NCBI GenBank assembly: GCA_030432405.1
Contig: JAUIHG010000001.1
Span: 5,908-69,907 of the forward strand
Direction: 5' to 3'
Source: Bacteroidia bacterium
GTDB taxonomy: Bacteria > Bacteroidota > Bacteroidia > Chitinophagales > BACL12
DNA: 64,000 nt
Program-made: the position numbers and the translations under genes
The notes under the pieces: model-generated
Told to the model about the DNA's origin: nothing
The model's input: only the letters and a program-made list of their open reading frames with translations
The model's database searches: none
Shown: piece by piece, positions 1 to 9,492 of the stretch
How the letters are laid out: every line of letters starts with the position of its first letter
How positions within the stretch are numbered: the stretch's first letter is position 1

Positions 1-177
1 GTTGCCGTCCGCGTCCAGGTCCAGGTTGTAGAAATCGGAGAAAAAGCCGTCGCTGAAGACCGGTTCGTCGGGGTCCAGGTTGGTGTAGGCAATCTGGCCT
101 TCGGCCGAAAGGCCGGTCAGGCCCACGGCGAGGCCCAGAAACAGGACGCGTGGTATCGGACAGGTGAACGTGTGCAT
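1..177 (-). CDS. N-terminus of a secreted protein (partial, runs off the left edge)
   Basis: ATG at 177..175 on the minus strand. Translation is MHTFTCPIPRVLFLGLAVGLTGLSAEGQIAYTNLDPDEPVFSDGFFSDFYNLDLDADGN. It has a signal-peptide-like hydrophobic start and a DxDxDG-like motif. At 59 codons it is below the ORF-track cutoff. Confidence 0.35.
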   Translation of the reverse strand, partial: MHTFTCPIPRVLFLGLAVGLTGLSAEGQIAYTNLDPDEPVFSDGFFSDFYNLDLDADGN

Positions 178-379
178 GGGTGTGGTGTGTCGGCGGAAAT
201 GGCCTGCAATTTGGCCACATACCTAAAGGTATGGACTTACAGGGTCAATAACGAATGGAAAAACACCTGTCCCCAGACGCAAAAAGAGCCCCTCCGGTCT
301 TTGCTGCGCCGGGCACGGCAAAGGATCCGGGAGGGACTCCACACCTGAAAAGGAGCGGCCTTGTATCCGCCGTATTGTG

Positions 380-3300
380 CTACTCCACGACCAACTTGCC
401 CGTGTAGGCTTTGCCGGAAACGGCTCCTGCTTCCACGGTATACGTGCCGGGTTGCAGGGTGCCACGGGCCATGCGGAAGCGGCTTTGGCCTCCGGCCTTC
501 CACTGGGCCATGGTGCGGCCCTGGGCATCGAGTACACGCACCCAGTCCAGGCCTTCGGGGCTTTCAAACTGGTCCTGGTTGGCATCCGGGATCAGCCAGG
601 TGGCCTCGTGCATGGGATTGGGCTGGATGAGCAAATGCCCGAACGCATCGGCATCCCCGCGCTGGAACTGGATGGTCCGCCGCTCGGTATTGGTGGCCAT
701 CGGTGCCTCAAAATCAAAAACAATGTGGGCCTGGTTGTCGATGGCTGTGCCACCCGGAAGATCGGCTTTGGGCATAATGCGGTACTCCACAAAACCCTGG
801 GCGCCGACCGGGTTGCGGACGTTCGGCGGCAGGGCAATGCCGTCAAAGGTCCAGTGCAGGGTCTGTCCTTCGCGGTGGAACTGCACCGGGTGGCTTGCGG
901 CCGTCATCACCAGGCTGGCCGGGTCCAGTCCTGCGGGCAGTTTGTTTTCAATTTCCACCCGCGACGCGGTAAAGCTGCCCACGTTTTCAAAGCGGATGCG
1001 GTAGGTCAGGGTATCGCTGGCCCGGATGTAACCGGCTTCTCCACGGCCCTCCGGCCAGCACAGCAGGTCGTTGGGGTCTATGGCCCCCACGATGGCCTCG
1101 CGCAAGGCCACCGCATCGTTGTTGTAGTCCAGTTGGCTGCTGCCGGTTTGCACCGTTGCCGCAAGGGTTGCGGTATCGCCGATGGCCAGCGCAGTGGTCA
1201 CCGAATCCACAATCCGGATGGCCGCGGCGTGGCCGGCTTCCAGCGTGCCGAGGTTCCAGGTATACACAAGGCCGTCCTGGCTTGTGAAGGCCGGTTGGGT
1301 CGATTGGATGTTCACGCCATTGGGCATGGTCAACTGCACCGAACAAGCTTCGGCCGCTTGCGTGCCGAGGTTGCGGTATTCCAGATCCAGCACGGCGGCA
1401 AAGCCCCGGCGGTGGGCCGTGGAGGCCAGCTGCACCGTCAGGTCCGGGCCGTTCTGGAGCGCCTCAGCGGCGAAGTCCAGGTCCATGATGGGTGCCCCGG
1501 CCCCGCTGATGGAAACGGCTACCGCTCCGGTGCAGCCTTCGCCCCAATAGCGGGCGTCCCCCTGCAGGCGGAATGTGTAGGTCCCCGGCGCCAGGTATGC
1601 GTGGAAACGGCCGTCCCGGTCGGTGGCAAAACTCAAACCGCCGGGCTCTACGCTGATCCATTGGCCGGCTATGGTGTTTTCGCCTTCGGCGAAGGCGCAA
1701 TTGCCGTTGGCATCCTCAAAGACGCGGCCCGAAATCAGGTTGCCGGCGTCTTCCGCGATGGTGATGAACTGGTTGGCATCCACATTGGTCCGGCGGCTGA
1801 TGTAGCCCGAAGGCCAGCGCACTTCAATGCTGTCCACCTGGTCCAGGGTCCCCAGGCCAAAATGGGCGCGCAGGCCGTCCTGTCCACCAAAACCCTGCTG
1901 GGCATTGAGTTCGACGCTTTGCCAGATGCCCCCGGCTTTGACACGCACGCGTGCCCCGATGCCCGATGCATTGGATTGGGTGCCGGCCAGCCGGATGTTG
2001 AGGAAATGGTTGCCGTTGCCGTTGTTGGTGAACAACAAATCGGCTTCGCCCGAACGGGTGGAAACAAACAAGTCCAGATCCCCGTCGCGGTCAAAGTCGC
2101 TCCAGGCCGTACCGTAGGTATTGCCCTGCGCAGCCGTGATGACCTCCATGGCATCCCTGCTGAAGTTTCCGGAACCATCGTTCCAATACAGGAATTTCTC
2201 CTTGTCCTGATCGTTGACCACGTACAGGTCCAGGTCTCCGTCGTTGTCCGCATCCACAAAGGCCGCTCCGTGGGAGTGGCCCAGGTCGGTTCCTACCGGA
2301 CCTTCGGTAATCCGGGAAAACGTGCCATCGCCGTTGTTGCGGTAAAGGAAATTGGGTTGGTTGGAGGCGTTGGATACAAAGAGATCCAGGTCGCCGTCGC
2401 GGTCGATGTCGCCCCAGATGCTGCCCACGGAATTGCCGCCGTCCGCGGGGATGGGACCGTCCTCCATGCGGGTGAACGTACCGTCCCCGTTGTTGGTGTA
2501 CAGGCTGTTGGAGGCCCCGTAGCCATTGGGCACAAAGAGGTCCGGTGCGCCGTCGTTGTTGTAGTCCGCCCAGCTCGGTCCGATGCTGCGTGCCGCTTCC
2601 AGGGCAGGCGCGGCATCCTCCACGGCGCTGAAGGTGCCGTCGCCGTTGTTGTGGTAGAGGCGGTTGAAGCTGGTGGGAATGAAATTGGCAATGAACAGGT
2701 CCACATAGCCGTCGCGGTCGTAATCCGCCCAGGCTGCCCCGTGGTCGTAGCCGTAGGTGTCGTCCAGGCCACTGCCGGCCGAAACATCCGTGAATACGCC
2801 GCTGCCGTTGTTGGTGTACAGGTAGAGAAAGCCGCCGTTGACGGCTACGGCCGCGTCCCGGTCCCCGTCGTTGTCGATGTCGGCAAAGGTGGCGGCAATG
2901 CAACCGTCGGCGTTTTCAACCAAATCGCCATAGGCGATGCGGGTGAAGGTGGTGTCGCCGTTGTTGCGGTAAAGGCGGTTGCCTTCGTCATCGCCGTAGG
3001 CGGTCAAAAACAAATCGTCGTATCCGTCTCCGTTGACGTCCACCCAGTTGGCGGTCCAGGCATCGGTGCGGTCCCCGACCAGGCTCCCTTCATAGCGCTG
3101 CTGGAAGAGCAGCAGGGACTGGTTGTGCGAACGGTTGGACACCCCCTGCGTGGTGGCCGATTGCTGCGTGGCGCCGTCCACCTGCCCGGTCACCACCACT
3201 TCGGTCTGGATCACACCTTCATTGGGAAAGGGCTCTCCGTCGTTTTCCATCGGCTTGATGAGGATGTCGGTCTCCACCTCGTATTCGTGGGTCGGGTCCA

Positions 3301-5011
3301 AATCCGGCAGCCCGTCAAAATGCACCGTGGTGTTGTTTTCGTTTTCGGTGATGGTGCCGGACACACGGGCATTGTCCGTACGGTCCACAAAATCCGACGT
3401 GGTCACTTCCGCACCCGTACCCACGATGACGTCCACTTCCAGGTCGGTGACCGGATTGTCGGTGTCGAAGGTGATGGCACTGACGATGTTGACCGTTTCG
3501 CCCGGAAGGGCGGAAGAACTGCTGGCTGAACTCTGCTGGCCGAAACTCTGCTGCAGCGAGGAACCGAAGTACATCATCCAGTTGTCGTTGAAATTGGTGC
3601 TCATCACGCTGATGGGCCGGTCCGATTTCACGATCACATAGGGCCGCTCCGGGCCGTCGTCCTTGTTGCCCGTGCCGTTGTAGATGCTGCGCCAATCGGC
3701 CATGGAGAGCGCGCAATCCGCGTAACGGCCGGAGTCGATGGCGTAGCTCCGGTTGAGCTTGGTGCCGCCCGTGTAGGCATCGAGGATCTCCACGTTGGCG
3801 CCCGTTCGGGCGAACAGATACAGGTGGGCGAAGTTGTCGCCGAAGGCGGTCCCGGTAAAGGGATCCACAACATTGGTCTGCCTGCCGGGAGGACAGACGT
3901 AGACCAGGAAGCGTTTGCCGGAGGTTTTGCCGGTCTCCGCGGTCACCATGCTGGCCATGTCCGAAGTGCCGGGATAGCCGGTTTCCATCCAGTTGGCCTC
4001 AAACACGGAAATGCGTTTCCCGGTGCTGCAGCGCGCGCGGAAAACGGTGGCGTGCGATGCGCCGTGGTCGTGGCCCACCCATTCGGTGGCCTTCATGCTG
4101 TCCACGGTTTCGGTCATCATGTTGACCCAGTTGCCCTTGGAGTAGCGCTCCAGGGTCACGGTATTATTCTGGTCCCAGGACACCAGGCGGATCTCCTGCT
4201 CCCCGCCGGATTGGTACGGTACGGCGAAGTAGAAGAGCTCCCCGGCGCTGCTGCCGTTTTCCGCCGGCACGTAGCCGCCGCCATCGCGGGAATTGCCCCA
4301 CAGGGCGCCGTACATCACCGAAACAGGACCGCTGGCTTCCACCAGGTAGGTCCCTCCGGCGTCCAGCAAATCCCGGCCAATGCTGTTGGCATAAATCAGG
4401 TCTTCGCCCCGGTCCAGTGTGGCTTGTCCCACAATGAGCGGATTGTCCCAGGATACATCGGTATAGCCGGTATTGGTTTTGGCCTGGGTGCTCAATTCGG
4501 TGATGGTCACCGTCACGCCATCCTCGTAGGGAAACACGTTCAGGTCGCGTGTGCTGCTGGAAGCTTTGGGCGCATAGAGGATGAATTTTTCCCCTACCGA
4601 GGACTTGTTGACCGATGGCAGCCAGTCGTGCTGCCAATCGCTGTTGGTGCTCTGGCTGGCATACACCAGCTTGTCGGAGGTGATGGTGAAATAATCGCCA
4701 TCCCAGGTCAGGGTGCCGCCGGAGGCATACCGCGCGTCGTCGTTGATGCCGTTGTCGCGGATGTAGAGCACGTAACTCTGCCCCGCCATGAGCACTCCGG
4801 TAACCGAATCATCGGTATCGCCATCCATGCCGTCGTCGATGATCTGGAAATGCGTGCTGTCGTATATGGCCGTGACCACCAGCGCCACATCCCGCTGCAC
4901 CGCATCGTTGTTCGGGGGCACGTAAATGTTAAAGTACGTGGAGGGTTCGCCGGTGGCGAAGGCACGCAGGCTGCAGCCCAGCAAAATCAAAATCAGGTAA
5001 ACGTTGCGCAT
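380..5011 (-). CDS. Giant T9SS-secreted FG-GAP/VCBS repeat protein with a UnbV/ASPIC-like domain (CRTAC1-like architecture)
   Basis: 1543-aa ORF with an ATG start and signal peptide MRNVYLILILLGCSLRAFA. It has repeated NNGDGTF...DxDxDGDxD FG-GAP/VCBS units. A UnbV/ASPIC-like segment reads IGARVRVKAGGIWQSVELNAQQGFGGQDG...VDSIEVRWPSG. Ig-like DUF11/CARDB-type segments follow. The C-terminal ~80 aa (LLIQPNPMHEATW...YTGKLVVE) resembles a T9SS type A sorting domain. Confidence 0.85.
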   Translation of the reverse strand: MRNVYLILILLGCSLRAFATGEPSTYFNIYVPPNNDAVQRDVALVVTAIYDSTHFQIIDDGMDGDTDDSVTGVLMAGQSYVLYIRDNGINDDARYASGGTLTWDGDYFTITSDKLVYASQSTNSDWQHDWLPSVNKSSVGEKFILYAPKASSSTRDLNVFPYEDGVTVTITELSTQAKTNTGYTDVSWDNPLIVGQATLDRGEDLIYANSIGRDLLDAGGTYLVEASGPVSVMYGALWGNSRDGGGYVPAENGSSAGELFYFAVPYQSGGEQEIRLVSWDQNNTVTLERYSKGNWVNMMTETVDSMKATEWVGHDHGASHATVFRARCSTGKRISVFEANWMETGYPGTSDMASMVTAETGKTSGKRFLVYVCPPGRQTNVVDPFTGTAFGDNFAHLYLFARTGANVEILDAYTGGTKLNRSYAIDSGRYADCALSMADWRSIYNGTGNKDDGPERPYVIVKSDRPISVMSTNFNDNWMMYFGSSLQQSFGQQSSASSSSALPGETVNIVSAITFDTDNPVTDLEVDVIVGTGAEVTTSDFVDRTDNARVSGTITENENNTTVHFDGLPDLDPTHEYEVETDILIKPMENDGEPFPNEGVIQTEVVVTGQVDGATQQSATTQGVSNRSHNQSLLLFQQRYEGSLVGDRTDAWTANWVDVNGDGYDDLFLTAYGDDEGNRLYRNNGDTTFTRIAYGDLVENADGCIAATFADIDNDGDRDAAVAVNGGFLYLYTNNGSGVFTDVSAGSGLDDTYGYDHGAAWADYDRDGYVDLFIANFIPTSFNRLYHNNGDGTFSAVEDAAPALEAARSIGPSWADYNNDGAPDLFVPNGYGASNSLYTNNGDGTFTRMEDGPIPADGGNSVGSIWGDIDRDGDLDLFVSNASNQPNFLYRNNGDGTFSRITEGPVGTDLGHSHGAAFVDADNDGDLDLYVVNDQDKEKFLYWNDGSGNFSRDAMEVITAAQGNTYGTAWSDFDRDGDLDLFVSTRSGEADLLFTNNGNGNHFLNIRLAGTQSNASGIGARVRVKAGGIWQSVELNAQQGFGGQDGLRAHFGLGTLDQVDSIEVRWPSGYISRRTNVDANQFITIAEDAGNLISGRVFEDANGNCAFAEGENTIAGQWISVEPGGLSFATDRDGRFHAYLAPGTYTFRLQGDARYWGEGCTGAVAVSISGAGAPIMDLDFAAEALQNGPDLTVQLASTAHRRGFAAVLDLEYRNLGTQAAEACSVQLTMPNGVNIQSTQPAFTSQDGLVYTWNLGTLEAGHAAAIRIVDSVTTALAIGDTATLAATVQTGSSQLDYNNDAVALREAIVGAIDPNDLLCWPEGRGEAGYIRASDTLTYRIRFENVGSFTASRVEIENKLPAGLDPASLVMTAASHPVQFHREGQTLHWTFDGIALPPNVRNPVGAQGFVEYRIMPKADLPGGTAIDNQAHIVFDFEAPMATNTERRTIQFQRGDADAFGHLLIQPNPMHEATWLIPDANQDQFESPEGLDWVRVLDAQGRTMAQWKAGGQSRFRMARGTLQPGTYTVEAGAVSGKAYTGKLVVE

Positions 5012-5284
5012 AAGGAGGGCGTGTTGTTTGGCTCGGCCTCTGCCAATCCTGAACCGTGCCAGGCTTGGAATACCCTGGTGTTCAAGCCGATAGGGCCCAT
5101 ATGGAAGGCCTATATGTTCCCAAAACGGGAATCCCGTCCCGCATCGGGAGGCAGCCGTTGACAGCGGTACTTCGGCACCGCTTTGCTATACCCGCTGTGC
5201 CCCCGGCGGGTTGTTCGATTTTTGTCGGCTGCGCGAAAAAGACTAATTATATCAAACCTTCCCTGACGCTTCAATTCCCCAATC

Positions 5285-5842
5285 ATGACTGGCAAAGTGT
5301 TCATTTCCGCTCTGGTCGGCGGCATCCTTCTGTTCATCTGGCAAAGCCTATCCTGGGCGGTTTTGAATGTGCATGGTGATGCCATGGCCTTTTCGGCCGA
5401 AGGCCAGGAGGAGATTTTGGAAGCCATGTCCGAGCACCTGGAGACCAACATCTATTACCTCTCCTACGCCGACCCGGAAGCAACGCCCGAGGAATTCTCC
5501 GAACAAGCCACGGGCAGGCCGCAGGCGTTGGTCAACTATGTGTCCGAATACCAGAACAACATGGGTCCGCTCATGGTCCGCGGGCTGGTGTATTCGTTTT
5601 TTGTGGCCCTTGTGGTGAGCCTGGTCCTGGCCCGCAGCCGCAATACGGGTTTCATTGGCCGCTTTTTTACCGTCATGGGTTTTGCCCTGGTGTTGATTTT
5701 GTTCGACACCCTGGGCGACATGAACTGGTGGTACCATCCCATGAACTGGGTCTGGCCGGAAGTCATCGATTACCTGGTCATGTTTGCGTTGTCCGGCATC
5801 TGGATGGCCTGGTGGATGGGCCGCGGCGAACGCAGCTACTGA
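5285..5842 (+). CDS. Hypothetical multi-pass membrane protein
   Basis: ATG start, 185 aa with about 4 hydrophobic helices (ISALVGGILLFIWQSL, LVYSFFVALVVSLVLA, FFTVMGFALVLILF, YLVMFALSGIWMAWWM). The overlapping 387-aa antisense ORF looks like a GC artefact. Confidence 0.6.
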   Translation: MTGKVFISALVGGILLFIWQSLSWAVLNVHGDAMAFSAEGQEEILEAMSEHLETNIYYLSYADPEATPEEFSEQATGRPQALVNYVSEYQNNMGPLMVRGLVYSFFVALVVSLVLARSRNTGFIGRFFTVMGFALVLILFDTLGDMNWWYHPMNWVWPEVIDYLVMFALSGIWMAWWMGRGERSY

Positions 5843-5884
5843 TTTTTTCACCGCGTTCCAAAACCGCTCTTTAAAACCGCTTCC

Positions 5885-6334
5885 ATGAAACGCGTGACCG
5901 GGATCGGCGGCGTCTTTTTCAAGGCCAAAGACCCCAAAAAACTGCAGGACTGGTACCGCAAGCACCTGGGCATCGACTCGGGTCCCTACGGCATGTCCTT
6001 CCGCTGGCGGCACCACGATGCCCCCGACCAGGAAGGGGCCACGGCCTGGAGCATCTTCGACCACAAGACCGAATACACCGAGCCCAGCAAAGCGGACCAC
6101 ATGATCAACTACCGTGTGCATGACCTGCGCGCCCTGTTGAAGGTCCTGGCGGACGAAGGCGTGGAGCAGGTCGGGGAGATCATGGAAGAGGACTACGGCC
6201 GCTTTGCCTGGGTGCTGGACGGGGAAGGCAACAAAGTCGAACTCTGGGAACCGGTGGACGAGGCCTACAGCAAGATGCTGGACGCCGAGGAGGCCGACCC
6301 CGAGGAGCCGTCGGCACACCAAGGGGCTTCCTGA
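5885..6334 (+). CDS. VOC (glyoxalase/bleomycin-resistance fold) family protein
   Basis: 149 aa. N-terminus MKRVTGIGGVFFKAKDPKKLQDWYRKHLGI and C-terminal GRFAWVLDGEGNKVELWEP are typical of small VOC-family proteins. Confidence 0.75.
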   Translation: MKRVTGIGGVFFKAKDPKKLQDWYRKHLGIDSGPYGMSFRWRHHDAPDQEGATAWSIFDHKTEYTEPSKADHMINYRVHDLRALLKVLADEGVEQVGEIMEEDYGRFAWVLDGEGNKVELWEPVDEAYSKMLDAEEADPEEPSAHQGAS

Positions 6335-6383
6335 GGCCTTGTGTGGGCGCTGAACCATCGCCCCTGCCTCCTGTTTGGAGGGC

Positions 6384-7055
6384 ATGCAGCATCCCATTTT
6401 GCTCATCGGCGGCAACAGCGGCATCGGTGCCGCGCTGGCCGATCGCCTTCGCGCGCAAGGCGCGAACATTCTTTCTGCCCACCGCAGCGGTGAACCGGCC
6501 TTTGACGCCACCGCAGAGGAGCCCGATTTCCCGGATGTGGACGGCCCGCTCGGCGGTTTGGTCTACCTGCCCGGCAGCATCAACCTCAAGCCCTTCAAGT
6601 CCCTGAAGCCGGCCGATTTTGACGCGGATTTCAAGATCAACGTGCTGGGCGCTGTGCGGACCCTGCAGCACTACGAATCCGCGTTGAAGGAGGCCGACAA
6701 CACGTCGGTTTTGCTTTTCTCCACGGTGGCCGTGGCCACGGGCATGCCCTTCCACACTTCGGTGGCGGCCGCCAAGGGGGCCGTCGAAGGCCTCGTGCGC
6801 AGTTTGGCGGCAGAGTGGGCGCCGACCGTGCGCGTCAACGCCATTGCCCCTTCGCTGACCGACACACCCCTGGCCGCGCGGCTGCTGCGCAACGACAAAC
6901 AGCGCGAAGCCGGCAACGAGCGCCATCCGCTCCAGCGCATCGGTCAGCCGGAAGACATCGCCAACCTGGGTGCCTTTCTGATGGACCCGGCCAACGGTTG
7001 GATCACCGGCCAGGTCTGGAACGCCGATGGCGGTTTGGGCGCCCTGCGGGTGTAG
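6384..7055 (+). CDS. Short-chain dehydrogenase/reductase (SDR) family protein, atypical active site
   Basis: Rossmann motif LLIGGNSGIGAALA, NVLG motif and RVNAIAPS segment. The track start at 6375 is TTG, so I use the in-frame ATG at 6384. No Tyr lies in the expected YxxxK position (reads HTSVAAAK). Confidence 0.8.
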   Translation: MQHPILLIGGNSGIGAALADRLRAQGANILSAHRSGEPAFDATAEEPDFPDVDGPLGGLVYLPGSINLKPFKSLKPADFDADFKINVLGAVRTLQHYESALKEADNTSVLLFSTVAVATGMPFHTSVAAAKGAVEGLVRSLAAEWAPTVRVNAIAPSLTDTPLAARLLRNDKQREAGNERHPLQRIGQPEDIANLGAFLMDPANGWITGQVWNADGGLGALRV

Positions 7056-7093
7056 CGGTCTTGCTTTCTTCCTTTGCAGCTTACCGTTTTACC

Positions 7094-7771
7094 ATGACCG
7101 CAGTCCACCCATCCGCAGAACGCTCGTTCCACATCGGCGATATCGACGCCTTGGAACGCTTTTACCGCACCGCGCTGGTCAACAGCCTCTTTGGCGGCAA
7201 GGCCCTCGTCCTGGTCGGCACGCAGAACACCGAAGGATCGTGCAACCTGGCGCCTTTCAACAGTCTGGTGCATGTGGGTGCCAATCCGCCCCTGGTTGGC
7301 CTGGTGTTCCGTCCCCTGACCGAGCGCGTGGGGCAAACCTGGCGCAACCTGGAAGCCACCGGGGCCTGCACCCTGAACGCCGTGCACGGTGGCATGATCA
7401 AAGCTGCGCATGCCTGCTCGGCCAAGTTTCCGCCCAATGTGTCCGAGTTTCATGCCACTGGTTTGACGGTGCTGCGGAGTTCCGCCCCTTCGGGCGAAGC
7501 CTTCCCCGCGCCCTTTGTGGCGGAAAGCCGCGTCCGCGTGGCCTGCAAACTGCTGGAGAGCCATGCCATCCGTGCCAACGGCACCCGCTTTGCGGTGCTG
7601 GCCGTGCAGTCCATCGTGCTGCCGGAGGATGCGTTGGGCGCAGACGGCTTTGTGGATCCCAGTGTGACGGGCAGCCTTTCGGCCGCAGGCCTCGACGCCT
7701 ATGGCCAACTTGGTCCCCTCACCCGCCTGCCCTATGCCCAAACGCCCGGTCCCGCTGCCGGCTCCGCGTAA
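7094..7771 (+). CDS. Flavin reductase-like (FMN-binding split-barrel) domain protein
   Basis: The track ORF 6815..7771 has an Arg/Pro-rich, non-protein-like N-terminus, so I use the internal ATG at 7094 (MTAVHPSAERSF...). KALVLVGTQNTEGSCNLAPFNSLVHVGANPPLVGLVFRP matches the flavin-reductase-like pattern. Confidence 0.7.
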   Translation: MTAVHPSAERSFHIGDIDALERFYRTALVNSLFGGKALVLVGTQNTEGSCNLAPFNSLVHVGANPPLVGLVFRPLTERVGQTWRNLEATGACTLNAVHGGMIKAAHACSAKFPPNVSEFHATGLTVLRSSAPSGEAFPAPFVAESRVRVACKLLESHAIRANGTRFAVLAVQSIVLPEDALGADGFVDPSVTGSLSAAGLDAYGQLGPLTRLPYAQTPGPAAGSA

Positions 7772-7825
7772 AAGCCCGGTTCTCCGTCGTCATCCGCATC
7801 GGCGGAGGACCGTTGATCCCTCGCC

Positions 7826-8053
7826 ATGACAGCCCACGGCAACACATACGGCGGCAACAAATCCTACCTGGAGCAGAAACCCTGCACCCATTGCGGCCGC
7901 ACCATGACCTGGCGGAAAAAATGGGCCCGCACCTGGGATGCCGTGCGCTATTGTTCCGAGCGGTGCCGTCGTGAGGCACGGCAGCAGCGCAGCGCGGCAT
8001 CGGACGCGGACCGGACGAACGCCACTTCCGAACAGAACGATCATTCCAGTTAA
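7826..8053 (+). CDS. DUF2256-type zinc-ribbon protein
   Basis: 75 aa. KPCTHCGRTMTWRKKWARTWDAVRYCSERCRR is the CxxC...C..C DUF2256 signature. The gene sits immediately upstream of a cryptochrome/photolyase gene, which is usual for this family. Confidence 0.75.
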   Translation: MTAHGNTYGGNKSYLEQKPCTHCGRTMTWRKKWARTWDAVRYCSERCRREARQQRSAASDADRTNATSEQNDHSS

Positions 8054-8065
8054 ATCATCAGCTGT

Positions 8066-9481
8066 ATGCCCGGCCTGCACCTCCACTGGTACCGCAACGA
8101 CTTGCGCACGGACGACCATCCGGCGGTGGATCAGGCCATGTCCGCCGAGGCCTTTTTTCCTGTTTTTGTCTGGCAGCCGGCCTGGTACGCCGAGACCCGC
8201 TATGGGTTCCGCAAGGCCAGCGCCCGGCGGGCGCGCTTTCTGCACGAAAGCCTGGAAGCCTTGGACGCCGCCCTGCAGCGGCTAGGTTCCGCTTTGCTGG
8301 TGGTGGTGGGCAAACCCGAAGACGTGCTGCCTGAACTGGCGCGGAAGCTGGGCGCCCAGCGCATCACGGCCCAGGCCGAACACACCCACGAAGAGCTGGA
8401 AGACGAGCGCCGGGTAGGGGAGGCACTTGCTGCCACGGAAGGGCCAGCGTTGGAGCTGTTCGAGGGCTTGACCATGGTGCACCCTTCGGCCCTGCCTTAT
8501 GCGGTGGAGGAGGTGCCGGATGTGTTCGGGGCGTTTCGCCGGAAGGCGGAAAAACACAGCCCCATCCGCGAGCCCCTGCCCGAGCCGGAAGCCGTGCCGG
8601 GCTGGCCGTCCATGGAGGCCTTGTCCTCCAGCCTGGAGCTGCTGGGCCGCGGGTCCCTTCCCGCCTCTGGCGAAGGCTTGGCAGGAGCTTTGCCAGGCGG
8701 TCTGGCGGACCTGGGCTTCAGCGCCGAGGAAATCGATGAAGCGGCGCAAGACGATCCCCGCAGCGCCTTTCCTTTTTCCGGTGGGCAGGCCTCGGCACGC
8801 GCGCGGCTGGACGATTACGTGTTTGGCCGCGCCTTGGTGGCCAACTACAAAAAGACGCGCAATGGCCTGCTCGGCGAAGCCTTTTCCAGCAAGCTGTCGC
8901 CCTGGTTGGCCAACGGCAGCCTTTCGCCCAGAAGGGCGCATGAAGCCGTCAAAACCTTCGAAGCGCAAAACGGCGGCAACCAGAGCACATACTGGTTGAT
9001 TTTCGAATTGCTCTGGCGCGATTTTTTCCGTTTTCAGGCCATGAAGGTGGGGCGCAAACTATTCACGCCGGGCGGCATCCAGGAAAAGGACCGCAGCTAT
9101 CAAAATGCACATCAAGCCTTCGCCGGTTGGCAAGATGGAAAAAGCGGACACCCTTTCATCGACGCCAATATGGTGGAACTGGCCCGGACCGGCTGGATGA
9201 GCAACCGCGGGCGGCAGAACGTGGCGAGTTGGCTGGTGCGCGACCTGGACGTGGATTGGCGCTGGGGTGCGGCCTGGTTTGAGCACCACCTGCTGGACTA
9301 CGACCCCTGCAGCAACTACGGCAATTGGCAATACGTGGCAGGTGTTGGCCACGACCCGCGCGGCGACCGCCGCTTTGATCCGGACCGCCAGGCCTGGACC
9401 TACGACCGCAAGGGCCGTTTTGTGGAGACCTGGCTGCCGGAACGCCAAACCAAAGTGCCACAGCGCAAGCTGTTCGGTTGA
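8066..9481 (+). CDS. Cryptochrome DASH / deoxyribodipyrimidine photolyase family protein
   Basis: 471 aa. N-terminal LHLHWYRNDLRTDDHPAV. The FAD-binding region reads LSPWLANGSLSPRR, STYWLIFELLWRDFF, MSNRGRQNVASWL and YDPCSNYGNWQYVAG. Confidence 0.85.
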   Translation: MPGLHLHWYRNDLRTDDHPAVDQAMSAEAFFPVFVWQPAWYAETRYGFRKASARRARFLHESLEALDAALQRLGSALLVVVGKPEDVLPELARKLGAQRITAQAEHTHEELEDERRVGEALAATEGPALELFEGLTMVHPSALPYAVEEVPDVFGAFRRKAEKHSPIREPLPEPEAVPGWPSMEALSSSLELLGRGSLPASGEGLAGALPGGLADLGFSAEEIDEAAQDDPRSAFPFSGGQASARARLDDYVFGRALVANYKKTRNGLLGEAFSSKLSPWLANGSLSPRRAHEAVKTFEAQNGGNQSTYWLIFELLWRDFFRFQAMKVGRKLFTPGGIQEKDRSYQNAHQAFAGWQDGKSGHPFIDANMVELARTGWMSNRGRQNVASWLVRDLDVDWRWGAAWFEHHLLDYDPCSNYGNWQYVAGVGHDPRGDRRFDPDRQAWTYDRKGRFVETWLPERQTKVPQRKLFG

Positions 9482-9492
9482 GGCCTCAAGGC

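Noticed and set aside
377-3529. 1050-aa plus-strand ORF antisense to the giant T9SS protein gene
   Set aside because: The translation is Gly/Ala/Val/Arg-rich with no motifs. It fully overlaps a strongly supported minus-strand gene. Stop-free antisense frames of this kind are expected at this GC content.
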